The notes under the pieces were generated by a model. The model did no database searches. It was not told the origin of the DNA and worked only from the letters and a program-made list of their open reading frames with translations. This document shows positions 40,301 to 52,700 of a DNA stretch of 64,000 nt, piece after piece. Source of the stretch: Bugula neritina (taxonomy: Eukaryota > Animalia > Bryozoa). The stretch spans positions 682,001 through 746,000 of the forward strand of contig OZ037768.1 in the NCBI GenBank assembly GCA_964035545.1, in the 5' to 3' direction. A program made the translations under genes and the position numbers. Each line of letters starts with the position of its first letter. Positions within the stretch are counted from its first letter, which is position 1.

Positions 40301-43300
40301 CTATACTGTATATGTACTATGATATACCTACACTGTACTGTATATATACTATGATATACTCACACTATACTGTATATATACTATGATATACCTACACTAT
40401 ACTGTATATATACTATGATATACCTACACTGTACTGTATATATACTATGATATACCTACACTGTACTGTATATATACTATGATATACCTACACTATACTG
40501 TATATATACTATGATATACTCACACTATACTGTATATGTACTATGATATACCTACACTGTACTGTATATATACTATGATATACTCACACTATACTGTATA
40601 TATACTATGATATACCTACACTATACTGTATATATACTATGATATACTCACACTATACTGTATATATACTATGATATACTCACACTATACTGTATATATA
40701 CTATGATATACCTACACTGTACTGTATATATACTATGATATACCTACACTATACTGTATATATACTATGATATACCTACACTATACTGTATATATACTAT
40801 GATATACCCACACTATACTGTATATATACTATGATATACCTACACTATACTGTATATATACTATGATATACTCACACTGTACTGTATATATACTATGATA
40901 TACCCACACTATACTGTATATATACTATGATATAGTCACACTATACTGTATATATAATATGATATACCTACACTATACTGTATATATACTATGATATACC
41001 TACACTGTACTGTATATATACTATGATATACCTACACTGTACTGTATATATACTATGATATACCTACACTATACTGTATATATACTATGATATACTCACA
41101 CTATACTGTATATGTACTATGATATACCTACACTGTACTGTATATATACTATGATATACTCACACTATACTGTATATATACTATGATATACCTACACTAT
41201 ACTGTATATATACTATGATATACTCACACTATACTGTATATATACTATGATATACCTACACTATACTGTATATATACTATGATATACCTACACTATACTG
41301 TATATATACTATGATATACTCACACTATACTGTATATATACTATGATATACCTACACTATACTGTATATATACTATGATATACCTACACTATACTATATA
41401 TATACTATGATATACTCACACTATACTGTATATATACTATGATATACTCACACTATACTGTATATATACTATGATATACCTACACTATACTGTATATATA
41501 ATATGATATACTCACACTATACTGTATATATACTATGATATACCTACACTGTACTGTATATATACTATGATATACCTACACTATACTGTATATATACTAT
41601 GATATACCTACACTATACTGTATATATACTATGATATACCTACACTATACTGTATATATACTATGATATACCTACACTATACTGTATATATACTATGATA
41701 TACTCACACTATACTGTATATATACTATGATATACCCACACTATACTGTATATATACTATGATATACCTACACTATACTGTATATATACTATGATATACC
41801 TACACTATACTGTATATGTACTATGATATACCTACACTATACTGTATATGTACTATGATATACCTACACTATACTGTATATATACTATGATATACTCACA
41901 CTATACTGTATATATACTATGATATACCTACACTATACTGTATGTATACTATGATATACCTACACTATACTGTATATATACTATGATATACCTGCACTAT
42001 ACTGTATATATACTATGATATACTCACACTATACTGTATATATACTATGATATACTCACACTATACTGTATATACTATACTGTATATACAATGTTTACAG
42101 TATACAGATAACAAAGGCACCATCACAATACCAGCCTTGTTTAGAGAGTTGTAATTGTAGCAATATAAACAAACTTATTAACACATGATACTAGCAACAC
42201 TAGCCAATGTCAGCCATTCACTAAGGTTACGGCTTCATCACATTGATAGTGTAACTAAGTGCTCTAACCCTACCAGTAGATAGTGTGTGCTTACAATAGT
42301 AAACTGCTGGGGAGATAACTCTGGGACATTACATCAAACAAACATTTGTAATGAACTGGTTTGCTAAATGGAGGAAGGTAAACTGATTATGCCAAAACTG
42401 GTATATTGGCTGCTGAAAGCGCTTGACTCATACAACACAGCAGCAGATGCTGACACAAAACCACATGAAGAACTTCCACTAGATGCATATATTGGAGGAA
42501 ACATTTCAGTGGCACAAACAAGAGACAGAACTGCACACACAAGAATGTTATCAGAGGTGGTTTAAGTCACAGCAAAGCAAGTCCCAACCAGGCAATATAC
42601 TCTAAAGTCAAGTCACTGCAGAACTTGAGTTGTTTCAAGCTCATTTGAACTGACTTGCCTGACTTAGAAACAAGTTAAGAGCTGTTAAACTCAATTACAG
42701 GTTCATACACTTAAAGAAGACTTGTTCATAACTCACGTCAACCTGGTAGTAGAAACAATTACTTGATAGTTTTAGCTTCAGTCAAGTTAAATACTAAGTC
42801 ATCTACAGGTGTAACCTACCTATTTATAAATATTACTGATAGCATTGAGTTTAAGGTAGAAGAATCAATTAGGTTTCATTACAACATTATTGAATTTTTA
42901 AAATAACTTGCTACAAATGTGAAAAATGAAATCAAGTTATTTCGACTTTGACTTGCAACAAGCTCTTCAAAATTCTCATGTTAAATGAAAGAAGTCAATC
43001 AAGTCAAATTCAAGTCTAAAACGTGAAGTATTTGAGTCAACATGACTAAGACCTGTTGAATATAATATGGAAAGTGAATTTAGCTGGAATTAGCACTTAG
43101 ATATATACACCTGAATACAAGTATTTATCTGATAAACTATAAATAGCAGTGCTCTACACTATAAATAGAAGCAGTTACGCTATAAATAGCACACACTAAG
43201 CTATAAATAGCACACACTATGCTATAAATAGCACATATTATGCTATACATACTAGATATGATGGGAGAGGCTGAAGCTTCCCATCAGGTGGTCTATGAAG

Positions 43301-43686
43301 AAGTGGTCCCTCCATTATGCCTTTCTTCAACATGTTTAAAAGAGCTTTACTATAGGAGTTACGCAGCTTTCTACCTTCCAAACCAGAGTGTTGGTGCGGC
43401 TCACACAACTATTTAAAATACGCCATTAGATAACTTGACAAACATTCACTTGAGAAACAATAATACTCATAGTTTTGTTTACCTCCAGTTAAAAGGTCCG
43501 ATGTTAATAAATGGTATTTATTACTGAGTAGGAAACGGGAAACAAATTTGAAACCTTTTTTATCCATAAAGCACATCGCTGCCTCTCTGATTTCAGCTGA
43601 AGTTGCAGAACGTACGGTTTCATGTCTCCGAGTTGAACTTCAAACTCGTCATTTAAATCTCGCACCATTTCTTCGTGGCTCACCAT
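28390..43686 (-). CDS. CEP112: centrosomal protein of 112 kDa (CCDC46)
   Basis: N-terminus DMKPYVLQLQLKSERQRCALWIKKLCEP...RNSYSKALLNMLKKGIMEGP matches the CEP112 N-terminal domain, followed by a long coiled coil. Exons 43555-43686, 43253-43408, 39525-39884, 39172-39356, 38070-38397, 37585-37948, 36925-37092, 36634-36800, 36227-36328, 35226-35336, 34841-34954, 34343-34537, 31429-31522, 31035-31118, 30488-30652, 30032-30167, 29097-29211, 28390-28563; all GT-AG and phase consistent. Confidence 0.92.
28597..29516. repeat. 10-bp array (CTCAGTACWA, 28597-28946) and 40-bp array (29221-29516) in CEP112 introns
   Basis: Direct inspection. Confidence 0.9.
30677..31030. repeat. 22-24-bp array with ACCATGGT palindrome, nearly filling a CEP112 intron
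   Basis: Direct inspection. Confidence 0.9.
31525..34290. repeat. 32-bp minisatellite (AGAGTACATCATGTRACTTACTCTAAATATAC), ~86 copies, CEP112 intron
   Basis: Direct inspection. Confidence 0.97.
35393..37513. repeat. three intronic arrays: 19-bp (35393-36060), 15-bp (36355-36622), (TAGTA)n with acceptor copies (37085-37513)
   Basis: Direct inspection; arrays are separated by CEP112 exons. Confidence 0.9.
39907..42085. repeat. 32-bp minisatellite (TATACCTACACTATACTGTATATATACTATGA), ~68 copies
   Basis: Direct inspection. Confidence 0.97.
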
Positions 43687-43902
43687 GTTGTTAGTCTATG
43701 AATGTAGGTCAACTAAATGTAGATCAACTGAATGTAGGTCAACTGAATGTAGGTTAAATGAATTTAGGTCAACTAAACGTAGGTCGACTAAATGTAGGTC
43801 AACTGAATGTAAGCCAACTGAATGAATTACTAACTAGTTTTCTAATTGTTACTACTATCTAATTACAAAATATAAGTTTAATAGAGTACCAGTACTATAA
43901 AT

Positions 43903-44040
43903 AGGGAGCAGCCATGGTCTATGGGCTAAAGCGTTTGGCTTAATAAACACGAAATCATGGGTTCTAACCCCAGTAAAGGCCATTGGTGACGTTAGGAAGA
44001 GCATCCAGTCGCAAGTGCTCCTGTGCCCCATCTGAATAGG
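43903..44040 (+). mobile_element. degenerate tRNA-derived SINE
   Basis: A-box-like TGGTCTATGGG (~43915) and B-box-like GGTTCTAACCC (~43960), followed by a GC-richer body (AGGAAGAGCATCCAGTCG) in AT-rich surroundings; no full tRNA cloverleaf. Confidence 0.5.
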
Positions 44041-44689
44041 AGTGATAGTAATACTAATACAAATACTATTTCAGTGAAATACCAATAGTATTTAATACTA
44101 ATAGATAACAATAAATCATTTTAAATTTGATACTATTATTGATATAAATTAAACTTAATCTTTAATTTTAATTTTATAATAAAATTAATTATAATATTAA
44201 AAATAGTAATACTAATAGTAATACTAATACTTAATAGTTAATAGACTTAGAGTAATACTTATAATATTAGTATTACTAGACCTAGGGCTAGTTCACCTAT
44301 AGTAACAATTACAACAAATTACACATACCAATACTAATAGTAATAGTGAAATACAATTTTAATTAGCATTTACTTTTAGTGATTTACATCAAGTTCAACA
44401 TAGTCATATGATAATGATGAATTACTCATAGACATCATGACTATGATCAAGTTCGAACTTCAACATAAACATAAATGATGAGGCCAGAACACAAAAATCA
44501 TGATCTAATCATCATCATCATCATGCACCAACACTTTATCACTTGCAAGTTCAACTACAACTACAAGTCTTGCACAGTTGGAGTTGCACTTGCGTCTTGC
44601 AGTGAGAAAAAACAGCTGTCGACCATTTACATTGGTTTATCGTATAAATTTACCGACATAATTTTAATAATCAAAGAGGTACAAGTTAC

Positions 44690-44880
44690 TTACCGAGCAA
44701 GCGTAATTAAAAAATGAATAAAATTAAACTAATTGTAATTGTTACAAAAACTTTCGAAACCGACGCCACTCTTGCAGCTAGCCAACCATAAATTGTTACC
44801 CACAAACCGCTGGGTTTTGTAAACACAGTTATGCGAAATTACCTTCTTGCGCCAAGTTTCTCATTTCCGTTGCCGGTTAG
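44690..44880. promoter_or_regulatory. probable bidirectional promoter of CEP112 and NDUFA10
   Basis: Divergent genes; CpG-containing island flanked by a minus-strand donor (CG|GTAAGT, 44688-44693) and a plus-strand donor (CCG|GTTAGT, 44876); matching acceptors just before each ATG (43696 and 45023). Confidence 0.55.
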
Positions 44881-45029
44881 TCGGCTATTAAAATAGTAAT
44901 TTTTATTCAGTTGGAAACCGAAAAGTAAAATAAGAGACAAGAATCAAAGCTCTATTTTTTCTGTTTGTATGTATAATATATGGTAGTAATACCAGCATAT
45001 TTAAATGTAACACTTATATAACAGTATAA

Positions 45030-48000
45030 ATGGCTGCGATAGCAATTCGTGTTGCTAGTAGGCTGAAAACACCTGGGGCTTGTGGTACTGCAAATACAAT
45101 ACTATCGACATCGTTATGTTGTGCAGCACCAGCAACCGCATTGAATCATAATGTAATTAAGAACACCACTGCTTTCCAACATGCAAACATAACTTCTGCT
45201 GGCGGCAAACCAAGACAGCGAAAGTACAAGCCGTTTGATTACAGAAAAAAGAGCTTTACTTTGTTTCACCAACCTTTTGATCGAACCTTACGAAGGCTAG
45301 ATGAAAACTCTAAAGTGATTGTTATTGATGGTCCAATTGCATCTGGAAAATCTGAGTTTGCTGAAAAGTTAGCTCATCAACTAGATTTCAAGTTTGTACC
45401 TCAACCATCGGTGAACAGTCTTTACATAATGGGTGGTGATGGCTTAAATTACCAAGACCTCGATGAGTTGCTTGACCCAGAGCACAGAGTGTACGACTTG
45501 GACTCGTTTCTTAAAGATCCAGCTCCCACCCTGGCTGAGGGAAATTTACGTGCAGGCGAGCTCCAACTGGATTATTTCACAGCCAGGTTATATGCATATA
45601 ATGATGCCTTGCTGCATTTGTTGAGCACAGGTAACTCAAAAAGTTATAAGCCTACTCTTTTGTAATGTAGTTTTATAAATTGTCATTGAGTTTGACTAAA
45701 CACATTTCAGATGTAACGCAAAATTTGCTATAGATATTTTGTAATTTTACAAACAGGGCAGGGCGTTGTATGTGTGAGGTCTCCATGGTCTGACCGTGTG
45801 TTTGCCAAGGCTATGTACGAGAATGGATTTATTTCTCGAAGAGGTAAACAAACTTAGATACCATAGCAGTCTGGTAGTAGATATGTATTTGAAATGAATT
45901 ATTTATCATAATGAGTCAACAACAGTGTGGGTACTGAGCTGTTGTTAGCATCCAACACCATCTGTTTACAAAAGAAACATAACATCAAGTCACATACCAT
46001 TAAAATTGCATTTTTAATGATGACAAAAACATCACTTTACTGAGTTTTAAGCTGTAGAACTAATGGCTACATGATTTCATAGTACTTTCTATTGAAAATT
46101 TATACAACATTTGTGATTTCAGCTTTTGCCATATAGACAAGTATATGTGTGTAGCTATAATTCCCTGGCTTCCTGCCGTAACTGAAGCAATCTAGTCTGT
46201 ATGAAGCTGTATGTCCTCCGCTACTCTCTCGTATTAGTCTGACTAGTTGAAGGATATCTACCGTACGTCTAAAGAATTGGTTTCTGTGATTGTTTGAAGG
46301 ACTCCAGTACTACACTGACGACATTGCTTCCAACCACACCTGTGACTTCCCACGCCCTCACCTCCTGATTTACCTTGACGCTGACGTGGAACAGACTAAG
46401 GAGAACATCAAGAGACGCAACAACGTAGGTCACATGAGTCCGTCACTAGATACTTCATGTGTCAGGAGGTCAGCCATGGCTGTCAACATGTGCTTTTGTA
46501 ACAACTGCTGCCAGCAAAGCAACTGTCAACCTGTTTTAAGGCATTCTCAGGTTTTACATGAAACTGGTGTGATTTCAGGAGCTGGAAGTGAATAGCAAAG
46601 TGTTGACTGACGGGTTCCTGCAGTCCATGGAGAATGAGTACAAAGACAGGGTCATCCCAGAGTTAGAGTAGGTTACTATATAGCTAGTTAGAGTAGGTTA
46701 CTGTATAACTAGTTAGAGTAGGTTACTATATAACTAGTTAGAGTAGGATACTATATAACTAGTTAGAGTAGGTTACTATATAACTAGTTAGAGTAGGTTA
46801 CTGTATAACTAGTTAGAGTAGGTTACTATATAACTAGTTAGAGTAGGTTACTATATAGCTAGTTAGAGTAGGTTACTGTATAACTAGTTAGAGTAGGTTA
46901 CTGTATAACTAGTTAGAGTAGGATACTATATAACTAGTTAGAGTAGGTTACTATATAACTAGTTAGAGTAGGTTACTATATAACTAGTTAGAGTAGGTTA
47001 CTATATAACTAGTTAGAGTAGGTTACTATATAACTAGTTAGAGTAGGATACTATATAGCTAGTTAGAGTAGGTTACTATATAACTAGTTAGAGTAGGTTA
47101 CTATATAACTAGTTAGAGTAGGATACTATATAACTAGTTAGAGTAGGTTACTATATAACTAATTAGAGTAGGTTACTATATAACTAGTTAGAGTAGGTTA
47201 CTATATAACTAGTTAGAGTAGGTTACTATATAACTAGTTAGAGTAGGTTACTATATAACTAGTTAGAGTAGGTTACTATATAACTAGTTAGAGTAGGATA
47301 CTATATAACTAATTAGAGTAGGATACTATATAACTAGTTAGAGTAGGTTACTATATAACTAGTTAGAGTAGGTTACTATATAACTAGAGTAGGTTACTAT
47401 ATAACTAGTTAGAGTAGGTTACTATATAACTAGTTAGAGTAGGATACTATATAACTAATTAGAGTAGGATACTATATAACTAGTTAGAGTAGGTTACTAT
47501 ATAACTAGTTAGAGTAGGTTACTATATAACTAATTAGAGTAGGATACTATATAACTAGTTAGAGTAGGTTACTATATAACTAGTTAGAGTAGGTTACTAT
47601 ATAACTAGAGTAGGTTACTATATAACTAGTTAGAGTAGGTTACTATATAACTAGAGTAGGTTACTATATAACTAGTTAGAGTAGGTTACTGTATAACTAG
47701 AGTAGGTTACTATATAACTAGTTAGAGTAGGTTACTATATAACTAGTTAGAGTAGGTTACTATATAACTAGTTAGAGTAGGTTACTGTATAACTAGTTAG
47801 AGTAGGTTACTATATAGCTAGTTAGAGTAGGTTACTATATAACTAGAGTAGGTTACTATATAACTAGTTAGAGTAGGTTACTATATAACTAGTTAGAGTA
47901 GGTTACTATATAACTAGTTAGAGTAGGATACTATATAACTAGTTAGAGTAGGTTACTGTATAACTAGTTAGAGTAGGTTACTATATAACTAGTTAGAGTA

Positions 48001-49297
48001 GGTTACTATATAACTAGTTAGAGTAGGATACTATATAACTAGTTAGAGTAGGTTACTGTATAACTAGTTAGAGTAGGTTACTATATAACTAGTTAGAGTA
48101 GGTTACTATATAACTAGTTAGAGTAGGTTACTATATAACTAGTTAGAGTAGGATACTATATAACTAGTTAGAGTAGGTTACTATATAACTAGTTAGAGTA
48201 GGTTACTATATAACTAGTTAGAGTAGGTTACTATATAACTAGTTGGAGTAGGTTACTATATAACTAGTTAGAGTAGGTTACTAGATAATGCTGTTATACT
48301 GATGTTTACAGAGAGCACTGTGAGCTGTTGGTCTACCCATCTGTCCCAGATATTACAGAACACGAAGTTTCACTGGTGGGTTTGCAGTTATCTCTCTTGA
48401 TTGCCAATAACATAATCAATATATTATTTTCAATCACCAATATAATTTAATATTTAATGTACGGCAAATACTAATGATAAACTTATTCTCCAATAAAGTA
48501 ATTGCCCTTGCTATAGATGGTAGAAGACATAGAGAGTTTAGGGGATTTAAAGCACAGTGGTGTAGCTGATGATCCCCGACTGCATGACTGGTTTAACTTG
48601 AGAGATGAAGAACTGGCCTTCAAGCGACGAGAGTATGTAATGAAGTAGTAGTAGTGCTATGAGTGTATTTCAGTTAGCAGAGTTGTGTGTTGTATTATTG
48701 AGTGTGTTTCAGTTAGCAGAGTTCTGTGTTGTATTATTGAGTGTGTTTCAGTTACCAGAGTTTGCGCCGGGCCGAATTGGTCAACACCCACGAGCAGACT
48801 TATGAAGCCCCGGAAATGATGCGGGATGAATACTTTCAAGTTGCCCGCAATGAGCTCTACAACTCTGTAAGTGATCTCTATGTTAGGATATTGAAAGTCA
48901 TGCACGAGACATTTCCAAATATTTCATTCATTATTTGATGAATCAAATTTTGTAATATTTGTTCAGGCGAGTTGTTCTGTATGAGAAATTAAACTAGAGC
49001 TGTTGATATTTGCTGTTGATAATGCTGCCATAATTGGAGTCAATTAGAAGTCAAGCAACTCTCTTAGCTACATTTTCTGTGACTTGAAATGGCTCCCATG
49101 TTATAGAAATGTGTTAGAAGACATTAAATATAATGTCTACATGGCAGTATTTAGCATGTACTATTCTGATGCAGGCACCAGGGTGGCGGTACGAGACGGG
49201 TTGGGACCCCGCCCTCCAGTCCAAGTGGAAGATAGCCCTAGGCCAGAGACTTGTGCCAGACAAAACTGATCGCCGACACTTCTGGGTGCCAGCCTAG
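45030..49297 (+). CDS. NDUFA10: NADH:ubiquinone oxidoreductase subunit A10 (42 kDa, dNK-like fold), with mitochondrial presequence
   Basis: Motifs DENSKVIVIDGPIASGKS, DALLHLLSTGQGVV..RSPWSD, PHLLIYLD and C-terminal PGWRYETGW. Exons 45030-45630, 45757-45843, 46300-46424, 46579-46667, 48312-48375, 48517-48632, 48752-48866, 49175-49297; AATAAA at 49543 and 49601. Confidence 0.95.
46661..48283. repeat. 25-bp minisatellite (AGTTAGAGTAGGTTACTATATAACT), ~65 copies, NDUFA10 intron 4
   Basis: Direct inspection; the first unit overlaps the exon end. Confidence 0.97.
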
Positions 49298-49735
49298 ACC
49301 GATTAGCTACTCTTTACTATTGACTAGTTAATAGTTAGTAGCTACTAGTTAATAGTTAGTAGCTACTAGTTGATAGTTAGTGGCTACTAGTTGATGGTAG
49401 CTTCTAGTTATTAGTAGTTATTAACTACTAGTTAATAGTTAGTAGTTACTAGCTACTGCATTTACATTTCACGTGTCAATATTTGATTATTACTCAGTTG
49501 TATTGTAATGTATGGTGTGTTTGAATTTATAACAAACAAAGTAATAAAAGTTGGATATAAAATATTAAATTTGCTACTTTTTACCCTAGCCAAGGAATGG
49601 AATAAAATTGTAAAAATTAATACAATATTTTCAATTATTTACAATTGAACATGTATACATTGCATATAAAATAACATAAATACTATGTTACAATTACTTG
49701 CACACATATACTAACAAAATTAATGTGTGCCTAAA

Positions 49736-52700
49736 CTAAGATGTGTACAGGCTCGCAGCAAATACTATGTCTCGCTTTATACTCGTTGATGCGTCTTCCA
49801 TTTTCCTACCGATGATTGGGTTGCCGATGACTCTGGCAGCGTCTTTGACGTCTCTCAGCAACTCATCTAGTCTCTGGATACACCGTATTATGATGCCTTC
49901 CTGTACATCTGTCAACTCTATGATCTCATTGAACGGCTGCAATGAGTAACCAATAAAGTGCTGCCACATATCTGCTAGGATTTCTCATCAGCAGAGAATT
50001 GCTTACTTGAGTAAATGATAAAGAATATGTGAAGACAACCTTAGCTCAGTTCTCGCCTAACTTCATATTTACTCTGGTAAAAAGAGCCTTAAATCAAACA
50101 AGCTAACTAGCATACATACGTTGATAACTGCCTTATTTATTCGTACAAATTGCAACTATACTATAACTATCTACAAGTAAATATTCCAGTTATACAATAC
50201 ATCAGCTCTAGAATTTGCTATTAATCAGGAAGTTCATAAAGACTGCTCACTTACCGTGCCTCTAGCCCACTCGTATACAACTTCCACTAGACCAAACTTA
50301 AACTCAGCCACATAGTCCTCCACTACAAAGTCTCTCACATATTTCTTCTGTACTTCTCCCAGTTCACGAGCAACACACGTAATAGTTTCCACACCCTGGT
50401 GACAAGTAGAACCACTAATATATTCACTAGATAAGTTGAGACTCTAAATGAGAATAACCAAACATGTTATGATTCTACATTTCAACCAAGTTAGCCAATA
50501 GGAAAGGAGGGTGAGTTAAGAGATGAGAAGAATGCATGCCTACCAGGAATTTACTCGTGTTGCCAATAACTATGTACAACAACCACCATCACACATATTA
50601 CATTCTCTCAAAAAACTACAAACCAAGTTGAGAAGATGAAAGACTGAGAGTATAAGACATGGATATAGATATTACCTTCTGCAGAGAAGAGTTGAGGTTA
50701 GGTTTCGAGCAGTTCTTTTGCTCAAACACAACACAAGAGAGAAGAGCCGCGATCTCAGTGTAGTGGCGACCTTCCATCACGTTCTGGAAGATTAACTCCG
50801 TAACCAACAGTTCCTGCTGCTTGATCTCACAAGCTACTTTACCCTGATGGCAGCAGTGAACAGAGTCAGTAGTATTAGTAGATAGGGTCAGGAGTAATAG
50901 TCAGTAGGTTTCAAGTGCAGACAACTTCTTGGCAAAGTTTGATTCTCTCACCAAGCAATGATTAAATTCTTTGCAGTATGCTTTGATTTTGCATCTTCTT
51001 ATCTTAGCCTTTATAAGCTGAACGTTGGCATTGTTTAAGATGCCTTACATGATGTTTACATGATTTCATGTAATGAATTTAAAGCAACTTTAATAAACAA
51101 CAAAAGCATAGAATTTAAACACACAGTGTTGGACACGTAGTAAACACAACTAGACATAGTATGTCAGCCAACCTTGAGTCTGACGACGCCAGCCCCGTCG
51201 GTGTACTCGAGTTCGTGCAAGACTCGCAGCCTCTCCTTGTACTCAGGAAGTAAAGTCAGACTCGCATCAGAGAGTTTAAATTTAACCGACTCGAGTTCTT
51301 CCTTCAGTGCCATGTCTGCGCTAACGACCTTGAACTGCGACATCATTGAAACAAATCTACATCTACGAGCTAACATTAACAATGACTTGTAATGAGAGGT
51401 GAAGGTGAAAATAGACTTAAAGTGCACTTAGCAACAGACAAGCACACACTGACACCCACTGAAGTAGTATAACTTGAAGCAGAAAGCTATAACAGCTAGC
51501 ACTGATTTCACTACAGAATAAGAGGATGGAAATACACTACTCACATGTTCCGCAAAGTTGCTGCATTTTGTAGAGGTAAATGAGTCCAAGGACTGTCTTA
51601 GAGAACTGAGGCTAGAGTAGTCGCCAACCGTATCTATATCTCGCAGGTGGAACTCCGCTACAGGGTTCACTTCAGTCAAAACTTCCATACTGAGAGAAGA
51701 CAGGCTAGATACCAGCTCAAGGGTGGCTTGACTCGGCGGGTCATCTCTAAGAAATCACATCACATGACATAGAGCTGTAGGTGTAGTATAGCAGACCCCA
51801 GGTGTAGTATAGCAGACCCCAGGTGTAGTATAGCAGACCCCAGGTGTAGTATAGCAGACCCCAGGTATAGTATAGCAGACCCCATGTGTAGTGTAGCAAA
51901 CCCCAGGTGTAGTGTAGCAGACCCCATGTGTAGCGTAGCAAACCCTAGGTGTAGTATAGCACACCCTAGGTGTAGTATAGCAGACCCCAGGTGTAGTATA
52001 GCACACCCCAGGTGTGGGTAAGTAACAGTAAACCTCGCTCACCTGAATCTCGGAATCTGCCGTCTGTCGAAGTTATCCACAATCTTCTCAGGCGCAGGTA
52101 TCTTTACAGTCTGAGTTGTAATAGCAAATATGTGTGCAGGATCGACTTCTAGGACTATGTGCTGACCAGCCATAAAGGATAGAGGCTGTGCAGAGTTGTG
52201 AGGAGTTATTTCCTCCTGTGTAGCAGACTTCTTGATGGAATCCTTCCACCATGTGACAGTGCGATCCGTGAGCACTACAAGATATTATATAAACTACGCA
52301 TCAACTCTGTATATACAGATCAACACACAGTATATACAGCTGTACGTACATACAGTATATACAGCTGTACGTACATACAGTATATACAGCTGTACGTACA
52401 TACAGTATATACAGCTGAACGTACAGTATATACAGCTGCGGGTACATACAGTATATACAACTGTACATACAGTATATACAACTGTACATACAGTATATAC
52501 AGCTGTACGTACAGTATAGACAGCTGCAGGTACATACAGTATATACAACTGTACATACAGTATATACAGCTGTACATACAGTATATACAGCTGTACGTAC
52601 AGTATAGACAGCTGCAGGTACATACAGTATATACAACTGTACATACAGTATATACAGCTGTACATACAGTATATACAGCTGTACGTACAGTATATACAGC

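Noticed and set aside
42368-42565. 65-aa plus-strand ORF in a CEP112 intron
   Set aside because: Short, no recognisable motif, no supporting splice or promoter context.
43903-43975. tRNA gene
   Set aside because: A/B boxes are degenerate and no acceptor or anticodon stems could be folded; treated as a SINE head.
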